Of a stretch of 64,000 nucleotides of DNA, positions 28,872-39,533 are shown in pieces (within the stretch, counting starts at the first letter, position 1; every line of letters starts with the position of its first letter). The position numbers and the translations under genes were made by a program. The notes beneath the pieces were generated by a model that was not told the DNA's origin, did not search any database, and was given only the letters and a program-made list of their open reading frames with translations. The stretch lies in the NCBI GenBank assembly GCA_050294405.1, contig JBNKOC010000012.1:96001-160000 (forward strand). Direction: 5' to 3'. Source of the DNA: Fibrobacteria bacterium (GTDB lineage: Bacteria > Fibrobacterota > Fibrobacteria > UBA11236 > JADFYW01).

Positions 28872-29306
28872 TTATTTTTTACGGATATTTAAAATGAGTT
28901 GATCTAAACTCCGCCTTCCCCCACCGGAAAAAGCATAGTAAAGACTCATTACCATCAATTCAATGGGGTGAGAAAATTTATTAAACCCGTCTGCCTGGCT
29001 AATGTGCTTAATAGAAGCGACTAACATGGTAAAAGCAATTAAGGCTGCCGCTGGCCTGGTGAATAATCCCAGGAGCAGTAAAATGCCTCCTCCAAATTCG
29101 GCAAAACTGGCCATAAATCCCCAAAATACTGGGAAAAAATGGATACCTAATTCTCCCATGGCTCCTCCAAGCTTTTCCCACATTGGGACACCGCCTATTA
29201 TTTTCGGATAGCCGTGAACAATGAAGCTTATTCCCAAAACAGCCCTGATAGCAAGAAGCAAGGGTTCTGAATTTTTATAGCTAAAGAGAGATTCTTTAAA
29301 TTTCAT
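28872..29306 (-). CDS. DoxX-family membrane protein
   Basis: HGYPK, AEFGGGILLLLGLFTR, GGGRRSLD. Confidence 0.9.
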   Translation of the reverse strand: MKFKESLFSYKNSEPLLLAIRAVLGISFIVHGYPKIIGGVPMWEKLGGAMGELGIHFFPVFWGFMASFAEFGGGILLLLGLFTRPAAALIAFTMLVASIKHISQADGFNKFSHPIELMVMSLYYAFSGGGRRSLDQLILNIRKK

Positions 29307-29360
29307 TTTTGCACCCCTAAAGGAAATTACAAAAATTCAAATGAAAAGGGTGTTTGTGAA

Positions 29361-30335
29361 CTAAATCCAATGTTTTTTGCGGAATAAAAACAACTGGCCA
29401 ACCACCACAAGGGTAAGAATAAGGCAAAAAATCCAAAAAGCCCACTGGTTATCCGCTCCAGGTATTCCGCCCACATTAATGCCTAACATGCCCGTTAAAA
29501 AACCCAATGGAAGAAAAACCGCCGCAATGATGGAAAGTACATACATGCGGTTGTTTAGTTGATCGGCTAATTGGTTGCTTATTTGGTCTGCGATTACCGT
29601 TGCTCTTTCCCTTATGGATTCTAAATCTTCAAGGTACCGGGTCTGCTGATCCACAATTTCCCTCAGGCGAAAATTATCTTTTTGAGACATCCAACTCATT
29701 TCCTCTGATAATATCTTCCAAAGGGCTTCTTTTTGAGGATGTAAGTAACGCCTCAATAATATTGCTTTTTTCCTAATTTGGGATAAGTCGTCCCTAATTT
29801 GGCTGGTAACTCCATTTAGAGTTTCTTCTTCCAGGTCTCCAATTTTTTCTTCCGCGGTTTCAATGGTATTTTCCATTCTGACAGTTAATCGGAAACACAA
29901 ATCCACCAAAAATTCTCCTGAGTTTCTCGGGCCCCTGTTTTCTTTTAAAGCCTGGAAAATATCCTGGATAGATAACATTTTCCGTTTGCGGGAGGTGATG
30001 ATTAAGTTGTTGGAAATAAAGCTGCGAAGGGAAACCATATCTTCCGGGTTCTCTCCGGGGTTTAAGTTAACCCCCCGCAAGGTTAGCAATAGATAATCCT
30101 CTGTGCCGTGGCTTCGGGGGCGTGTTTCTTCGGCCAAGAGGGCGCTTTTGGAAATGCCGTCCAGATTGGGATGTTTTAATATCCAGTTTTTTGCATCAGG
30201 ATTGGAATAATCTAAATGTATCCATAGAATTCCTTCCCAAGGGTGATATTGGGTAATATGTTCTGCGTCGAGGGAAAGCATTCCTCCCTTTGCATCCAAA
30301 AAACAAGAAAAAATAAAAGGGTTACTATTTGGCAT
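29361..30335 (-). CDS. zntB: Zinc transporter, CorA family
   Basis: LWIHLD, EETRPR, LRGVNLNPG..PEDMVSLR, GMLGINVGGIPG (GIN motif). Confidence 0.9.
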   Translation of the reverse strand: MPNSNPFIFSCFLDAKGGMLSLDAEHITQYHPWEGILWIHLDYSNPDAKNWILKHPNLDGISKSALLAEETRPRSHGTEDYLLLTLRGVNLNPGENPEDMVSLRSFISNNLIITSRKRKMLSIQDIFQALKENRGPRNSGEFLVDLCFRLTVRMENTIETAEEKIGDLEEETLNGVTSQIRDDLSQIRKKAILLRRYLHPQKEALWKILSEEMSWMSQKDNFRLREIVDQQTRYLEDLESIRERATVIADQISNQLADQLNNRMYVLSIIAAVFLPLGFLTGMLGINVGGIPGADNQWAFWIFCLILTLVVVGQLFLFRKKHWI

Positions 30336-30341
30336 AGGCTT

Positions 30342-31097
30342 TTAAAAAGGAAGTTGGGTAATGGGAATGCATTTGTCTTCCCCCACAATCATGGTATGTT
30401 CATGTTGGGCTGCAAAACTCCCATGTTCAGTGCTCAGGGACCAGCCGTCTTTGCCTTCAATTACAAAATTATCATCTTCAGCCAAAAAGGGTTCCAGAGT
30501 TATTACCATATTTGTGCCTAGCACTCTCTTTTCTTTTGAAGAGTAAAAGGGAAGTATTTCATTTGGATATTCATGCAACGACTTTCCCACCCCATGGCTG
30601 CATAAATTTTTAATTATGTGGTAGCCTTTTTGGTGGGCGAAATTTTCAAAATGAGCCCCGATTTTTTTGAGGGGAGTTCCGGATTCAATAAATTCCACAG
30701 CGCCCATTAAAGCTTCGTAGGTGGAATTGCAAAGGTCCTGGATTTCCTCTGTAAAGGGAGGAATTTGAAAAGAATGTCCGGTATCCGCGAAATAGCCGTT
30801 TACTTTGGCAGATACATCGATGTTTATCAAATCGCCTTCCTCAAGGATGACATGGTGGCTGGGAATACCGTGTGCGGCCACCTGATTCACGCTTATGCAG
30901 GTGTAACCGGGAAACTTGTAACAAAGTTGGGGGGCGGATTCCGCTTTGTATTTTTTAAATAGAGAAGCGGCGTAATCATCTAGCTCTTTGGTGGTGACGC
31001 CCGCTTTGGCTCTGTGTTTTAACTCCGCTAAAATTTCCGAGACAATGTTAGCTGCATGGCGAATACCCAAATGATCGGATTGATTTCTCAAAGTCAT
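30342..31097 (-). CDS. map: Methionine aminopeptidase type I
   Basis: CISVN..AHGIP, NIDVS, DTG, HGVG..LHE, TLEP, AQHEHT. Confidence 0.95.
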   Translation of the reverse strand: MTLRNQSDHLGIRHAANIVSEILAELKHRAKAGVTTKELDDYAASLFKKYKAESAPQLCYKFPGYTCISVNQVAAHGIPSHHVILEEGDLINIDVSAKVNGYFADTGHSFQIPPFTEEIQDLCNSTYEALMGAVEFIESGTPLKKIGAHFENFAHQKGYHIIKNLCSHGVGKSLHEYPNEILPFYSSKEKRVLGTNMVITLEPFLAEDDNFVIEGKDGWSLSTEHGSFAAQHEHTMIVGEDKCIPITQLPF

Positions 31098-31105
31098 AAT
31101 TACAC

Positions 31106-31471
31106 CTACCAATACATAGATAATATTTTAGGAATAAAAATAAAAATTCCCAGAATAACAGATAAAATAGCCCCAAGTAGTACAGCTCCTGCGGCCATGT
31201 CTTTTATGGCGCCAAGGCTAGGCTTTTTTTCCAGAGAAATTTCGTCCACAATTTTTTCAATGGAAGTATTAATGGTTTCCAGGGATATAACAAAAAAAAT
31301 AACCGAAATAACAAATAGTAACTCTATTCTGGAAATTTTTAGCCACCAGGATAATAAAAGTCCAATGCAACTCATCAAAAGATGAATTTTCATATTCTGG
31401 CCTTCACGAATGGCCAAGTATATGCCATTAGCCGCATATTTGAAACTTTTTATTAACTTGATAAAATCCAT
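31106..31471 (-). CDS. dgkA: Diacylglycerol/undecaprenol kinase family
   Basis: SFKYAANGI, LETINTSIEKIVD, IKDMAAGAVL. Confidence 0.9.
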   Translation of the reverse strand: MDFIKLIKSFKYAANGIYLAIREGQNMKIHLLMSCIGLLLSWWLKISRIELLFVISVIFFVISLETINTSIEKIVDEISLEKKPSLGAIKDMAAGAVLLGAILSVILGIFIFIPKILSMYW

Positions 31472-31574
31472 TTATGCTCAAAGGCCTTATTCAAAGGTTT
31501 TGTTTAAACATAATTTATTGATGGGATACAATCCAGAAATACCTCCATTGCAGTGCTTGGAAACATACAGATTT

Positions 31575-32270
31575 TTACCAGTTGAAGCTATATCGAATTC
31601 CTGTGCTTCCTGAAAAAAAAATGGGGCTAAGATACCCAATCTTCATTTTTTCTGACGGACCATTTTTATGGGTAGATCCAAAATGTTTAAATATTTCAGC
31701 CATAGTGGTTCCAAGAATGACTCCCGCTAATAGGTCTGCGGGGTAATGCCCAGCTTCATATATTCGGGACCAGGCTAATGTTGCAGCATATCCATACCAT
31801 ATGGCTTTATATCCTGTTATTTCCGAAAAATAATGGGCGCTAAAACCTATTAATGTCAGGGATAATGAAGGCATGCTGTATTTTTCAGAAGGAACTAAAT
31901 CCGTAACAAAACCTTCATTGGAATGACGGCCTTTTGCCTCTTCCAGGGCATATATTGGTCGTTTTCTTTTAAAAGAAGCTTTTAAAATCTGATTGATTGT
32001 CAAACTGGCAGCTAAACCATAAAATCCATAATAGGCGGCGTGTTTTAAGGAGTCATTATTACTCTTGCTTCCAAGTCCATATGTATAGCAAAGGGCGATA
32101 GGGCTTACAACCTGCATATAATAAATACCTGTGGAAAGCCAGTCTAAATGGGGGTGGCCGGGATCGTTGATATTTAAAAAAAGACGTTCATCCGTATTTT
32201 CGCTATGGCTTAGGGCTACAAGGCCCAGTACTAAAGTAAAACTTAAAATTCTAAAAGGGCCCAAATTCAT
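31575..32270 (-). CDS. PAP2-family phosphatase-like protein
   Basis: C1 KASFKRKRP and C3 SRIYEAGHYPAD present; C2 is PSLS rather than PSGH. Confidence 0.75.
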   Translation of the reverse strand: MNLGPFRILSFTLVLGLVALSHSENTDERLFLNINDPGHPHLDWLSTGIYYMQVVSPIALCYTYGLGSKSNNDSLKHAAYYGFYGLAASLTINQILKASFKRKRPIYALEEAKGRHSNEGFVTDLVPSEKYSMPSLSLTLIGFSAHYFSEITGYKAIWYGYAATLAWSRIYEAGHYPADLLAGVILGTTMAEIFKHFGSTHKNGPSEKMKIGYLSPIFFSGSTGIRYSFNW

Positions 32271-32360
32271 TTGCCTAATTGCATTCTTTTCTGGGGTTAT
32301 TATTGAACAAAAGCATGGAAATGGTTAATATACCATTATTCATCAACCTCTGAGTGATTT

Positions 32361-32642
32361 ATGGAAATTTATGTCGCAAACATCGGGTATACAGTATCTA
32401 AAGAAGATTTGGAAAAATTATTTGGTAAATTTGGAGAAGTTTCCAAAGTTCGATTGGTTGAAGAAGACGGTTACAATAAGGGCTGGGGTTTTGTTACCAT
32501 GGAAGATGAAGAGGCCGCTCAGAGAGCCATTAAAGCTTTAAACTTGAAAAGCTTTAAGGGCAAAAATTTAAAAGTGGCCAAGTATAGGCCCAAATCCAAA
32601 GATCCCAATCGTCCTCAATTTGGCCAGTGGATTCCAAAATAA
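32361..32642 (+). CDS. RRM RNA-binding protein
   Basis: RNP2 IYVANI, RNP1 KGWGFVTM. Confidence 0.92.
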   Translation: MEIYVANIGYTVSKEDLEKLFGKFGEVSKVRLVEEDGYNKGWGFVTMEDEEAAQRAIKALNLKSFKGKNLKVAKYRPKSKDPNRPQFGQWIPK

Positions 32643-32686
32643 GGCAACAAAGCCCTAAGCCGAAGAAGGGAATTTTTGCCAACCCT

Positions 32687-33490
32687 TTATAGTTTTGCGC
32701 CGCATTTTTTGCAATAGAAGGCATCTATTTCATGGCCTTCATAGCTGCAACTTGGACAGGCCTGAGTTGAAATAAAATCTTGTTTGCTCTGGCTGAGCTC
32801 TGCAGACACAATCCCTGTGGGAACAGCTAAAATTCCAAATCCCATTACCATTACTATTGATGATAAAAATTGCCCCAGCACAGTTTGAGGGGTGACATCC
32901 CCATAACCCACAGTGGTGAGAGTGACTATGGCCCAGTATATGCCTTTTGGGATAGAAGTGAAACCGTTTTTTTCACCCTCTACCAGATACATCAGGCTTC
33001 CGATTATAATAACCAAAGTGAGAACACCAATTAAAAACACAGTGATTTTTGGACTGGCTGCTTTCAAGGCCCTGGTTAAAATTTGACCTGCTTTTAAGTA
33101 ACGCCCCAGCTTAAATATTCTGAATATTCTAACTAAACGAATGGCGCGTATTATCAACAGGTAATGGAAATCTTGCAGAAACAGGCTTAGGTATGTTGGC
33201 AGCAAACTCAGCAAATCTACAATTCCATAGAAACTGAAAATGTATTTGCTTGGGCGCTCAATGGAAATAATCCGCAGGCCGTATTCTAGGGTAAACAAAA
33301 TAGTGATTACCCATTCTAAAATACGCAGTTCCCTGCCAAAGGCCAGGTTAAAACTCTTTACGCTTTCTAACATCACCGCAAGGATACTAATTCCAATTGC
33401 CCCCAAAAGGGCCACATCAAAGGCTTTTCCCATAGGGGTGTCTGCCTCATAGATAACGGTATGTAGAGTTTGTCGCCACTTTGATTTCAT
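32687..33490 (-). CDS. Voltage-gated potassium channel family
   Basis: S4-like RAIRLVRIFRIFK; filter TTVGYGD; C-terminal CPSC...CKKC. Confidence 0.93.
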   Translation of the reverse strand: MKSKWRQTLHTVIYEADTPMGKAFDVALLGAIGISILAVMLESVKSFNLAFGRELRILEWVITILFTLEYGLRIISIERPSKYIFSFYGIVDLLSLLPTYLSLFLQDFHYLLIIRAIRLVRIFRIFKLGRYLKAGQILTRALKAASPKITVFLIGVLTLVIIIGSLMYLVEGEKNGFTSIPKGIYWAIVTLTTVGYGDVTPQTVLGQFLSSIVMVMGFGILAVPTGIVSAELSQSKQDFISTQACPSCSYEGHEIDAFYCKKCGAKL

Positions 33491-33577
33491 GGAGATAAAT
33501 TAAATAAATAACGGCTGCCTGTTACGCAATTCGCATTTCAGATGCATTTTTTTTAAAATGATCCTATAATCAAAATT

Positions 33578-34741
33578 ATGCTTCGTTTGGCAGTTATAGG
33601 GGATTTGCATTACGAACCAAAAGACAGCTTGTCTTTTGATAGCTATTTCGAGCAAATAAGAAAACAAAAGCCCCATGTTGTGTGTCAATTAGGTGATATT
33701 GGGGGGTACAGTTATTCCGGTTCCTTCCAATCTTTTGTGGACGGAAAAAGTTTCTTGTCTCGCTTTGAAGTGCCCTATTATACCCTTATGGGAAATCATG
33801 ATTTAGAAGGGGAAGAATTTAGCACCGACGAAAAATCCATTGAAGCCTGGTGCCAGGTATTTGATTACCTTTTGCCCTATCAGCAAGTTGAAATGGAAGG
33901 CTACTTGTTGGTGTTTTTATCTTCCACAGCTTATCGAAGCAATCCAAACAGTTGCCATGAAGTATATGTGGACGATATGCAATTTGAATGGCTACAAAAT
34001 GTTTTGAAAAATAATACGGATAAAAAAATATTGGTATTCTCCCACTGTCCCATATTTGCCTCTCAATTAAAAATACTGCAAAATTTGCATTTGAGAGTTC
34101 CCAATGCCTATGTTAACCATAGCCAGTCGCCCGAAAAATTTATCGAGCTGGTTCATCAATATGATAACATTAAGCTTTGGTTTTCCGGGCACAACCATTT
34201 GGGCCAAAACTACTCAAACTCCATTTCCAAGGTAAACCAATGCCATTTTGTGCACACAGCCGTAATGGGCAATATTACTCGGGATGGATTCAAACAAAGC
34301 CGCATTGTGGATTTAAATAAAGATAGTATTGCAATACATAGCCTGGATCATTACTCGGGAAATATGTTGCTGGATTACGAAGTAAATCTGGAGACAGGTA
34401 AAGAAAAACGTCATTTAGTCAAATTTGAAAAAGACAAAGAAAAATTTTACTCCCCCCCTTCATTTGATGGTTCCCACGAAAAAATAAAATTCGGCAAAAG
34501 TGTTTTTATCTTTTACCGGGATATGTTAGTGGAATTCGACGCCAAATGGAAAACGGCTCGCGGAGTCGTTGCGGATAACATGGCCGGAGCTAAATTGGAA
34601 GTTTTAGAGAATAGCCTTATTTTAATCACCAAAGATGGGTTTTCCAAAATCTTAAAGGCGGATAAAAATGGGTTTTACAGCAAGGTATTTTTTAGGAACC
34701 CCTATTTGAAGAGCAGCCCAAAAAAGAAAACGGCTTCCTGA
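33578..34741 (+). CDS. Calcineurin-like metallophosphoesterase
   Basis: DLH, LGD, GNHD, SH, GHNH motifs. Confidence 0.85.
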   Translation: MLRLAVIGDLHYEPKDSLSFDSYFEQIRKQKPHVVCQLGDIGGYSYSGSFQSFVDGKSFLSRFEVPYYTLMGNHDLEGEEFSTDEKSIEAWCQVFDYLLPYQQVEMEGYLLVFLSSTAYRSNPNSCHEVYVDDMQFEWLQNVLKNNTDKKILVFSHCPIFASQLKILQNLHLRVPNAYVNHSQSPEKFIELVHQYDNIKLWFSGHNHLGQNYSNSISKVNQCHFVHTAVMGNITRDGFKQSRIVDLNKDSIAIHSLDHYSGNMLLDYEVNLETGKEKRHLVKFEKDKEKFYSPPSFDGSHEKIKFGKSVFIFYRDMLVEFDAKWKTARGVVADNMAGAKLEVLENSLILITKDGFSKILKADKNGFYSKVFFRNPYLKSSPKKKTAS

Positions 34742-34747
34742 ATATTC

Positions 34748-35440
34748 TTACTGTTTGTTTATATACTTCAAGCCTTCCCTTTTGGTCAGGGCGGGTAATG
34801 TTTGGGATTTGATAAATTGAACAACGGTTTTTGCATTTGTTTTGGAATATTCCCGCAAAGCCCAGCCCATAGCTTTTTGAATAAAAAACTCTTTAGATTC
34901 CCTCTCCTGCAAGATAAAGTTTTTTAAAATCTCCCAATCTGTTGTTTGTTTGTATTTTAGCTGGAATAAAATGGCAGAACGGCGAATCCACATGTTATTA
35001 TCTGTTATCCAATTATTAAGGGACTGTTTTAGCTCCTGATTTTTTGCTAAGTGCCCCAGAATATAGCTGCTTAAAAAATCCACCGTATCCCACCAGGATT
35101 TAGAGCGAATTAATTTTTTGAGCTGGGGTAAAAAATAGGGCGTTAGTAAAGATTTGTGAGAAATTAATAAATCCACTGCGCATAATTGGAATTCTCTTTC
35201 GGGAAGCTTGTAGAAGTCGTTAGACATTTTGATAAGGCTTTTTTCAGAGGGAAAGGCAATAACAGCAAAATGTTTTTTTAACAATTGTCTTCTTTCGTCG
35301 GCGTTTATTCCAAAAAAGGAAAATTTGTTTTTTAAATAGGCCTCCATTTGCGAGGCCTTGTGTTTGTTGCTGTGCTTTTTAAAATCTGCCTGAAGTCTTT
35401 CAAATGCCTTAACATATTGCCCGGCAAAATCCAAAGCCAT
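34748..35440 (-). CDS. AlkD-like DNA alkylation repair protein
   Basis: KSWWDTVD, NMWIRRSAILFQLKYK, EFFIQKAMGWALREYSKT. Confidence 0.9.
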   Translation of the reverse strand: MALDFAGQYVKAFERLQADFKKHSNKHKASQMEAYLKNKFSFFGINADERRQLLKKHFAVIAFPSEKSLIKMSNDFYKLPEREFQLCAVDLLISHKSLLTPYFLPQLKKLIRSKSWWDTVDFLSSYILGHLAKNQELKQSLNNWITDNNMWIRRSAILFQLKYKQTTDWEILKNFILQERESKEFFIQKAMGWALREYSKTNAKTVVQFIKSQTLPALTKREGLKYINKQ

Positions 35441-35441
35441 C

Positions 35442-36368
35442 TTAATTTTCCGCAGATAAGCCAAGTTTTTTGAGCAGGGCCCTATCTTTGTCGGAGTTTT
35501 TTCCCCAGTAGGCGCTATGTAATTGGTGGGTTTTTACAGCACTGGTTGTAAGGGGTTCCCCCCCTTTAATACTTGGGTAGCTTTCGGTCCATTTGTGAAT
35601 TTCAAATGGAAAATTAGCTTCAAAATAAACAATGAGTTCTCTTTTTAATTCGGGATAGCTCAGAGTATAAGCCACCAGCTCTTTTCCCTCCGCGTTTTTT
35701 TCCTGGGATTTAGCTAGGCTTGCCTTTGCTGTATATGCCTTAAGCGGCTTGTGAACCATGCGGATGTAAGAACTAAAGGGGATTATATTACTTTCACCCA
35801 GTGGTAATTTGTTTGGGTTTAAGCGAATAGTGCTAAACAACCCATCTTCTGTAAAATTGGCGGGGAGGTTAAAATTTTTATCTCCCTCTGATTCAAAATA
35901 GGAACGCACTTCCACCTCATAATTCTTTTCTCTTAAATTAAATTGGTTGAATACATGGCCACACCACTCCGATACGCTGGTGCTGATTTTATAGGGAAGC
36001 AATTGTTTGTCCGCATTAACATTGTTAAAGCTGGAAGTCATAATGGTGTATGGATAAATCCCAGTATAAAATCTCTTATAGGCATTTAATTTTAAAATGG
36101 GCTTGGAAGTGGAATCAGGGTAATCCGCTTTCACTTGTTTTTCGGGGTTGAACTTTTCTGTCACAAATATATGAACGGCACTGCCCTTGTGGTTTTCTCC
36201 ATAACGAGCTTGACTTAAGTCAAAACGAGTGATTTCGGCTCCCTTGTGGTACCAGTACTTTTTAAAGTTTTCAGGTTCAGGCAATTTGAAAATTATAGTT
36301 TGCTCTTTTCCCAGACAGCTCAAAAGCGAAAGCTGCATTATCAACAGACATAGAAACTGAAATTTCAT
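35442..36368 (-). CDS. Conserved hypothetical lipoprotein
   Basis: Lipobox LLSC; AEITRFDLSQARYGE, IFVTE, FYTGIYPY, EWCG, SYFESEGD. Confidence 0.7.
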   Translation of the reverse strand: MKFQFLCLLIMQLSLLSCLGKEQTIIFKLPEPENFKKYWYHKGAEITRFDLSQARYGENHKGSAVHIFVTEKFNPEKQVKADYPDSTSKPILKLNAYKRFYTGIYPYTIMTSSFNNVNADKQLLPYKISTSVSEWCGHVFNQFNLREKNYEVEVRSYFESEGDKNFNLPANFTEDGLFSTIRLNPNKLPLGESNIIPFSSYIRMVHKPLKAYTAKASLAKSQEKNAEGKELVAYTLSYPELKRELIVYFEANFPFEIHKWTESYPSIKGGEPLTTSAVKTHQLHSAYWGKNSDKDRALLKKLGLSAEN

Positions 36369-36581
36369 GGTTATGTTCTCCTCTTCGTCTATTGGTCTTT
36401 GTTAATGTAAAAAAGTTACATTTATGTGGTAAAAGTATTGAGGTTTGGTTGCCTGAAATTTTGTCAGAAAAATAATCCAAAGAAAAATTGAAAGATACCT
36501 CAATCTTGTATATCTTAGTCAAGATAGCGGGCAGTAGTGGGATTGTAATAAGCCATAAAGATTTGGCTTAATGGAGATTTT

Positions 36582-37583
36582 TTGGGTTCCTGGTTGTTGA
36601 ATATAGCGAGCTTTGCTGCTTGGGCCGTTTTATTGGCTGCGCTTTGGCAAAGTTGTGAAGAAAGTAACATCACCCAGCCTTCCATGGATAAATTACCGGC
36701 TTCCATTTCCACTTCCGGTGTATTAAAAGATGCAGGCTGGACCGATAGCTCATATTCTAAGCTGGGAATTGTAAAACATGGCGATAATTACGACAAAATT
36801 TTGCGGAACCACTCTTACCTCCACGCCTTTCGCCCTTCGCCTGTTACCAAAGATTCCTTAGAAACAGTCCTTTCCCAGGTAATCACTCAGGTGGTTTCCG
36901 GGGCGGGAGAATTGCAAATCCCCTCTATTAAAACCACAGCATATTCCTTTTCCAAAGGAAGGATGGGTGATGTGCTTTGGGAAATGGAAGCGCCTGGAAT
37001 CAACGGGGAAATTTTTAATGGCTTTTATCGCGTTGAACGCAAGGAATGTTGTGGCCTCGGAAAGCTTTATGCCCTTTATAATCTTACCAGCGGTCAAAAA
37101 ATTATCAGCTATTCCAACAGCTATTTAAAATTAGAAGCTGTGGATGGAAGCGCAAAAAGGCTTTTGGGCCTTAAATCCGGCGCCAGCAGCTATCTTGAAA
37201 TTTATGAAGAAGATCCATTATACATAGGGACTTTAAGTTACTCCAGTATGGAAGGAGAATTGGAAATAGCTGTTTTGATGGCCAAAGACAGCCTTTCAAA
37301 ATCCAAATTGGAGAACTCCCTCAGTCTTAACTTTTTGGCTCCATTAAGTGCAAACATATCCCAGGATGTTATTTTTGGAGAAAGGAGCTTTAGGGTTCCT
37401 CCTCAGCCAGCGGAAGGTTCGAATTACCCCCTTTGTACAGTTTCCTTAAACCTGGAGCCGGAAGAAAAAAGTCTATCCATCGAAGTTTATTCCGACAGTC
37501 TGGGCCTGCAAAACTTAAGGGAAAATGGGTTGTCCGTGGATATTATTAACCCCATGCTTCCTGTGTCCACAAAAGCGGAATAG
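36582..37583 (+). CDS. Hypothetical probable lipoprotein
   Basis: 333-aa ORF, hydrophobic N-terminus ending WQSC; start uncertain. Confidence 0.6.
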   Translation: MGSWLLNIASFAAWAVLLAALWQSCEESNITQPSMDKLPASISTSGVLKDAGWTDSSYSKLGIVKHGDNYDKILRNHSYLHAFRPSPVTKDSLETVLSQVITQVVSGAGELQIPSIKTTAYSFSKGRMGDVLWEMEAPGINGEIFNGFYRVERKECCGLGKLYALYNLTSGQKIISYSNSYLKLEAVDGSAKRLLGLKSGASSYLEIYEEDPLYIGTLSYSSMEGELEIAVLMAKDSLSKSKLENSLSLNFLAPLSANISQDVIFGERSFRVPPQPAEGSNYPLCTVSLNLEPEEKSLSIEVYSDSLGLQNLRENGLSVDIINPMLPVSTKAE

Positions 37584-37748
37584 CCTTTAAACCGCAAAAA
37601 ACCCAATTAATTAAAAATATCCCAATTTTTAAAAAACGCCTGATACTTCGCAAAAACATGGGGTTTATTTTGTACATCCCTGAATATTGAAATTTATTTG
37701 AATATAACTGGACAAGGCAGCCTATTTATAGGAAAATTTTCCCTAATT

Positions 37749-37904
37749 ATGGGTCATTCAGCAAAATTAGATTGGGTCAAAAAAATGGTGTTGGTCGTGA
37801 ATGCTTTTTTTCTGGCTTTTATTTTGTACCAGGTTGTATTGGGATCGGAGCCGCAAGAAACCCCTGACCCCAATCTGCATTCTCAAAGTCTTTTAAATAA
37901 CTAA
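37749..37904 (+). CDS. Small single-TM hypothetical protein
   Basis: Fills the intergenic gap, one hydrophobic helix; frame opens at 37698. Confidence 0.4.
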   Translation: MGHSAKLDWVKKMVLVVNAFFLAFILYQVVLGSEPQETPDPNLHSQSLLNN

Positions 37905-37929
37905 AAGCCTGTATAAAAACCAACTGGTG

Positions 37930-39408
37930 TTAGTCCAGTTTTAATCCAACGTATAGATCACCACCGTTGCGAATAACATGGAGCAGGCAAACCTCTCCTT
38001 TTACGCTATTTAAAATTTCATATACCTCTTCTGCGGATTTGACAGCCTGCCTATTGGCTTCAACAATAACATCGCCCTTTTTTAACCCCGAATTGTCGGC
38101 TAAAGAATTTGGTTCCACATCCATAACTAAAGCACCGTTTGCAGAATTTATGTCCAGGCGCTTGGCGCTGTGGTAATCCAAGTCTCTAAGGCTAAGCCCG
38201 AAATCATCTTCTGGTTCTTTAGTCGGCTTTTTTGCTTCCTTTTCATCTTCCCTTTCGCCAATGTTTATGTCAACCTTTTTGATTTTTCCATTGCGAATGA
38301 TTTCAAAGGGGTAGCTTTGAGAAGGTTTTAATAGGGCAACAACATTTCGCAGCTGATTTACATCTTTAATGTCTTTTCCATCCACCTTAATAATAACATC
38401 CATATCCTGAAGGCCGGCTTCTTCGGCGGGGGAATTTTCTATAACACTGGAAATCAAGGCTCCTTTAGTGTTGTCCAGATTTAATGCCGAGGCTATGTTA
38501 TTATCCAGCGCCTGGAGATACACGCCTAAATAACCACGGGTGACAGCACCGTCGTCAAGCAAATCCTGCATAATTTTTTTAGCCATGTTAATGGGAATGG
38601 CAAAGCCTATGCCGTGACTTCCTCCGGTGCGGGAGGCTATTGCCGTATTAATTCCAATCACCTTGCCGTCCAGATTTACCAGGGCGCCACCGCTGTTGCC
38701 CGGATTAATGGAAGCATCGGTTTGCAAATAATTTTCGTAGGAATTAACGCCAACAGTTCTCCCTTTGGCGCTGATGATTCCCATGGTCACAGTGTTGGAG
38801 TATCCGAAAGGGTTTCCAATAGCCAGAACGGTTTCACCAATATCCATGTTATTAGAGTTGCCCAATTCGGCTACGGGTAAATCGGCAGGAGGGCTTTTTA
38901 TTTTTATAACAGCAACATCGGATAATTTGTCTGTGCCAATTATTTTAGCTTCAAATTGCCTGTCATCGGATAGAGTGATCATCAATTCATCGGCTTCCCC
39001 AGCTACGTGGTGATTTGTGATGATGTAACCTTCTGAATCAATAATTACTCCAGAACCCAAGCCCTGTTGTTTGTATTTTTGGGATTTTTTATCCTTAGGT
39101 GAACCGAAGAGTTCCTCAAAGGGGTTGAAAAACTGATGGTAAGGTACGTCTACTAATTTTTCAGAATGTATAGATACCACCGCGGGCATAACTTTTTTAA
39201 CTACGGAGACAACCAAATTGCTTTTTTCCCGAATATCTAATTGGGCTGCGGGGGCGGCTTCAACTTCAGGATTTTGGGATTCTTCCTGGTTGTTCTCTTT
39301 TAACTTGTTCAGGAGTTTGCTATGGTCTTCTGTTTTTCCGAATTCACAGCCAGCCATAAAAACAACAGCAAGACTTGAGATTAGATATATAGATTTGCTC
39401 CTAAACAT
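37930..39408 (-). CDS. degP: DegP/HtrA serine protease with two PDZ domains, lipoprotein
   Basis: GLGSGVI, TNHHV, SDVAVIK, QTDASINPGNSGG, RGYLGV; lipobox MAGC. Confidence 0.93.
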   Translation of the reverse strand: MFRSKSIYLISSLAVVFMAGCEFGKTEDHSKLLNKLKENNQEESQNPEVEAAPAAQLDIREKSNLVVSVVKKVMPAVVSIHSEKLVDVPYHQFFNPFEELFGSPKDKKSQKYKQQGLGSGVIIDSEGYIITNHHVAGEADELMITLSDDRQFEAKIIGTDKLSDVAVIKIKSPPADLPVAELGNSNNMDIGETVLAIGNPFGYSNTVTMGIISAKGRTVGVNSYENYLQTDASINPGNSGGALVNLDGKVIGINTAIASRTGGSHGIGFAIPINMAKKIMQDLLDDGAVTRGYLGVYLQALDNNIASALNLDNTKGALISSVIENSPAEEAGLQDMDVIIKVDGKDIKDVNQLRNVVALLKPSQSYPFEIIRNGKIKKVDINIGEREDEKEAKKPTKEPEDDFGLSLRDLDYHSAKRLDINSANGALVMDVEPNSLADNSGLKKGDVIVEANRQAVKSAEEVYEILNSVKGEVCLLHVIRNGGDLYVGLKLD

Positions 39409-39492
39409 AATTCACTCCGCGAAAGGTATACTATTAAAAATTGATACTTATCAAATTAAGAAAAAACCTTCTCAAAGAAAAAAGTTAATGGT

Positions 39493-39518
39493 AAAAAGGC
39501 GGAAAAAAATCCGCCTTT
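39493..39518 (-). terminator. Intrinsic terminator after hsp20
   Basis: AAAAAGGCGGA-loop-TCCGCCTTT; U-tract on minus strand. Confidence 0.65.
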
Positions 39519-39533
39519 AGCTATTTCAGAATT

